DNA of 63,150 bases, counting the filler, from Mobula hypostoma (taxonomy: Eukaryota), in NCBI RefSeq assembly GCF_963921235.1. It is 3 parts of 3 records of this genome, joined end to end, with 100 filler letters (N's around TTAATTAATTAA, not from the genome) between each part and the next. Parts side by side here need not be neighbours in the genome. Positions count along the whole stretch, not along the records: positions 44,585 to 63,150 come from NW_026948187.1; 2 more parts are not named here. One strand, given 5' to 3'. This document shows, one piece after another, positions 61,063-63,150 of the stretch (positions are counted from its first letter, which is position 1; each line of letters starts with the position of its first letter). The position numbers and the translations under genes are program-made. Under the pieces are notes generated by a model that was not told where the DNA came from, did not search any database, and saw only the letters and a program-made list of their open reading frames with translations.

Positions 61063-61455
61063 GCCTGGATTAGAGAGCATGTTTTCTGGGGAGAGGTTAA
61101 GCGAGCTGGGGCTTTTCTTTTAGGACTGAAGGGGGATGAAAGGTGACTTGATGGAAGTGCACAAGATGTTCGGGTGGACAGCCAGAGTCACAATTCAAGG
61201 AGATTGGAGGGAAGTATGGAGGGGAGGGTGGAGTGGGGCGGGTATCGGAGTTAGCTTTCTTTACTCAGAGGGGGGTAGGTGTGTTGAACGTGGTGTAGAG
61301 GCGGAGACATCGGGGGTTCTTAGGTAAGCACACAGATGAAAGCAAATTGAAAGCTTTGTGGAACTGAAGGGTTACATTGATTTTGAAGTAGGCAGAGCGG
61401 TCAGCACAGCATCGTGGGCCGAAGGGCCTGTACTGTGCTGTTTTGTCCTATGCTC
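61063..61455 (+). mobile_element. CR1 3' end continuing from the 42-bp array
   Basis: gcctggattagagagcatg..gagctggggcttttct..tgggccgaagggcctgtactgtgctg 3' UTR. Confidence 0.85.
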
Positions 61456-61459
61456 ACAA

Positions 61460-62110
61460 CGCTACGAAATCTCGCGATTTCTTGAATCATAGCACCGGGA
61501 ATTCCTCAGATCATGAATTCAAGCAGTTATAAAATGATGAGATAATGCATTCATCAATTCATAAACTCATAAAAAATAATCACGGCAGCATGAAATTATG
61601 AAATCATTTATAATAGAAATCATGGAATCGCGAAGTTACAGCATCGTGAAAAAGTAGGAATCATTTAATGATAAAGTTACAGAAAGATGAAAAGAATCGG
61701 AATCACTGAATGAAGAATTTATAATATCATATAAAGATATAAATCATGGAATCAGGAAGACACAAATCATGAAATCACGGAATCAAGAAGTTATTACATC
61801 TTTACAAATGAACAGATATCATGCAAAAATAGAAATTGCAGAGTCATGAAGTTACAAAATAAAAATCACAGAATCATGAAATTACAAAACAGAAATCATG
61901 AAATCATGAGGTCACAAAACAGAAATTATGGAACTCACAAGTCATAAAATTGTGAAATAGCAAATTCCTACATCATGGGATTGTGAAATTGAAGTCATGA
62001 AATCACCGAATCACAATAATAAACTTACGAATCCATTAAGTTGTGGAATTGTGAAGGAATAGAGCCCCAGAGTAACGACATCAGAAAAAAGCAGAACATT
62101 GTGAAACTGT
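61460..62110 (+). repeat. Degenerate (GAAATCAT/GAATCAT)n A-rich microsatellite
   Basis: Recurring aatcatgaa/aatcacag/aagtcat words over ~650 bp. Confidence 0.7.
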
Positions 62111-62357
62111 CCCATTAAGGTGAAATTAAATGATCAAAGTATACAAATCAGGGGGACCAGCGATGACAACGTGGATATGGAGGAAACTGGGAAAAAGAAA
62201 CGAAGCGTAAGCCCTCGAGATACGAACAGACACACACACACACTCAGATACACTTCACTGGGATCGGGACCCTCTCACGCTCTCAGCCCCCTCTCGCTCT
62301 CTCTCTCTCCCTGTCACACACTCAGACACACTTCACTGAGGCCTCTCTCTCTGTCTG

Positions 62358-62360
<3 letters not shown>

Positions 62361-62409
<49 letters not shown>

Positions 62410-62417
62410 ACACACAC
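62361..62417 (+). repeat. (CA)n microsatellite
   Basis: Near-perfect CA run. Confidence 0.97.
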
Positions 62418-62945
62418 AATGATCGCATCCAGCTCTATCCACTGTGCCAGCCGAGCGGCAGAGACGGGAAGTGACCGAATGGCAAAGCTGGCGCAGGAGA
62501 GCGGAAGGGCAAGTCCGGGCCGAGCGCACTGCTCAGAGGGCCAGAGTCGGGGAGCACCGGCCGGCCGGCCCGACAGGCGGGTCATCTCGAGGGCCGACGA
62601 TGACGCTCCCTTCCAGGGGGCAGGATACGCCGGGGGTCCCCCTCCTTCCCTTCAAGCGCCCCTGACCCTTCTCCTGGCCCATCAGTCGAATCGTTTGCTA
62701 TGCGATGTCTGGAATAGAAAAGGGAAAAAGAAACAAAAACGGCGACGCTTACATCGGAGAACTTGGAACACCGACGCCAACAACTGTGTCGGTGCCGGAC
62801 TAATTAAGACAACGACCCCGACTCCCCCTCTTCCTCCACACGGTCTAAATCCCTCCGTTCGCCATCTAGACTTTTTTTTAAGCGTGGCATTCTTGTCTGG
62901 CACATGGAGTCAGGATTAACCGGGTCACGTTATGCACGTTCCTGA

Positions 62946-63090
62946 CTTGATTTTTTTTTTACGAGACCGAGTGGCTAGCTCGACACTCAACCCGGCACGG
63001 GTGGAAAAAGCGCTCGGGGGGTGGCCCGGCATGGATTCGAACTCAGCAACCTGGGCTCCGGAGTCCGGCGCTGATCTCACTGCGCCACCG
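62946..63090 (-). mobile_element. tRNA-derived SINE with intact Pol III boxes
   Basis: Reverse complement has A-box TGGCGCAGTGAG, B-box GAGTTCGAATCC and an A10 tail; no complete cloverleaf. Confidence 0.82.
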
Positions 63091-63150
63091 AGAAATGAGA
63101 GGGCATGAGAGCTGTAACGAGAGGCTGGCCGGGCTTGTGAACGGTGGACG

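Noticed and set aside
59869-61073. Repeat proteins (LERVQRRFTRMLPG)n and antisense (NLLCTLSNPGSILV)n as host genes
   Set aside because: The sequence is CR1-derived, broken by frameshifts, with no promoter or splice evidence. Kept only as a repeat finding.
14592-63090. tRNA genes at A/B-box sites (14.6, 32.8, 41.6 and 63.1 kb)
   Set aside because: No full cloverleaf, and each continues into a SINE body and tail.

Overview
Vertebrate genomic DNA. The repeat content (CR1, Rex/Babar, Penelope, HE1/V-SINE-type SINEs) points to a cartilaginous fish, probably a ray; this is inferred, not shown directly. The window is three segments joined by artificial 100-bp N linkers, so adjacency across 29764-29863 and 44485-44584 is unproven. 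Segment 1 (1-29763) is a transposon graveyard (CR1, Penelope, L1 ORF1, HERO-like RLE element, Gypsy pol, LTR) containing parts of two GPR139-like class A GPCR paralogues: an orphan exon 1 and a pseudogenised exon 2. Segment 2 holds an RTE LINE, the only confidently intact gene (ZC3H10, apparently lacking its middle CCCH finger) with its CpG-island 5' exon, a hAT-derived MITE with a 6-bp TSD, a solo LTR, and a divergent CpG-island promoter whose first exon ends in a bare ATG. Segment 3 is dominated by tandem repeats (a GA-rich tract, a ~9.6-kb ~63-bp satellite with a 3.2-kb higher-order duplication, and 29 copies of a 42-bp unit amplified from CR1 ORF2), interspersed with GC-rich promoter-like islands. 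No prokaryotic systems, CRISPR arrays, rRNA or true tRNA genes were seen. All identifications are by eye and from remembered family motifs; no searches were run.
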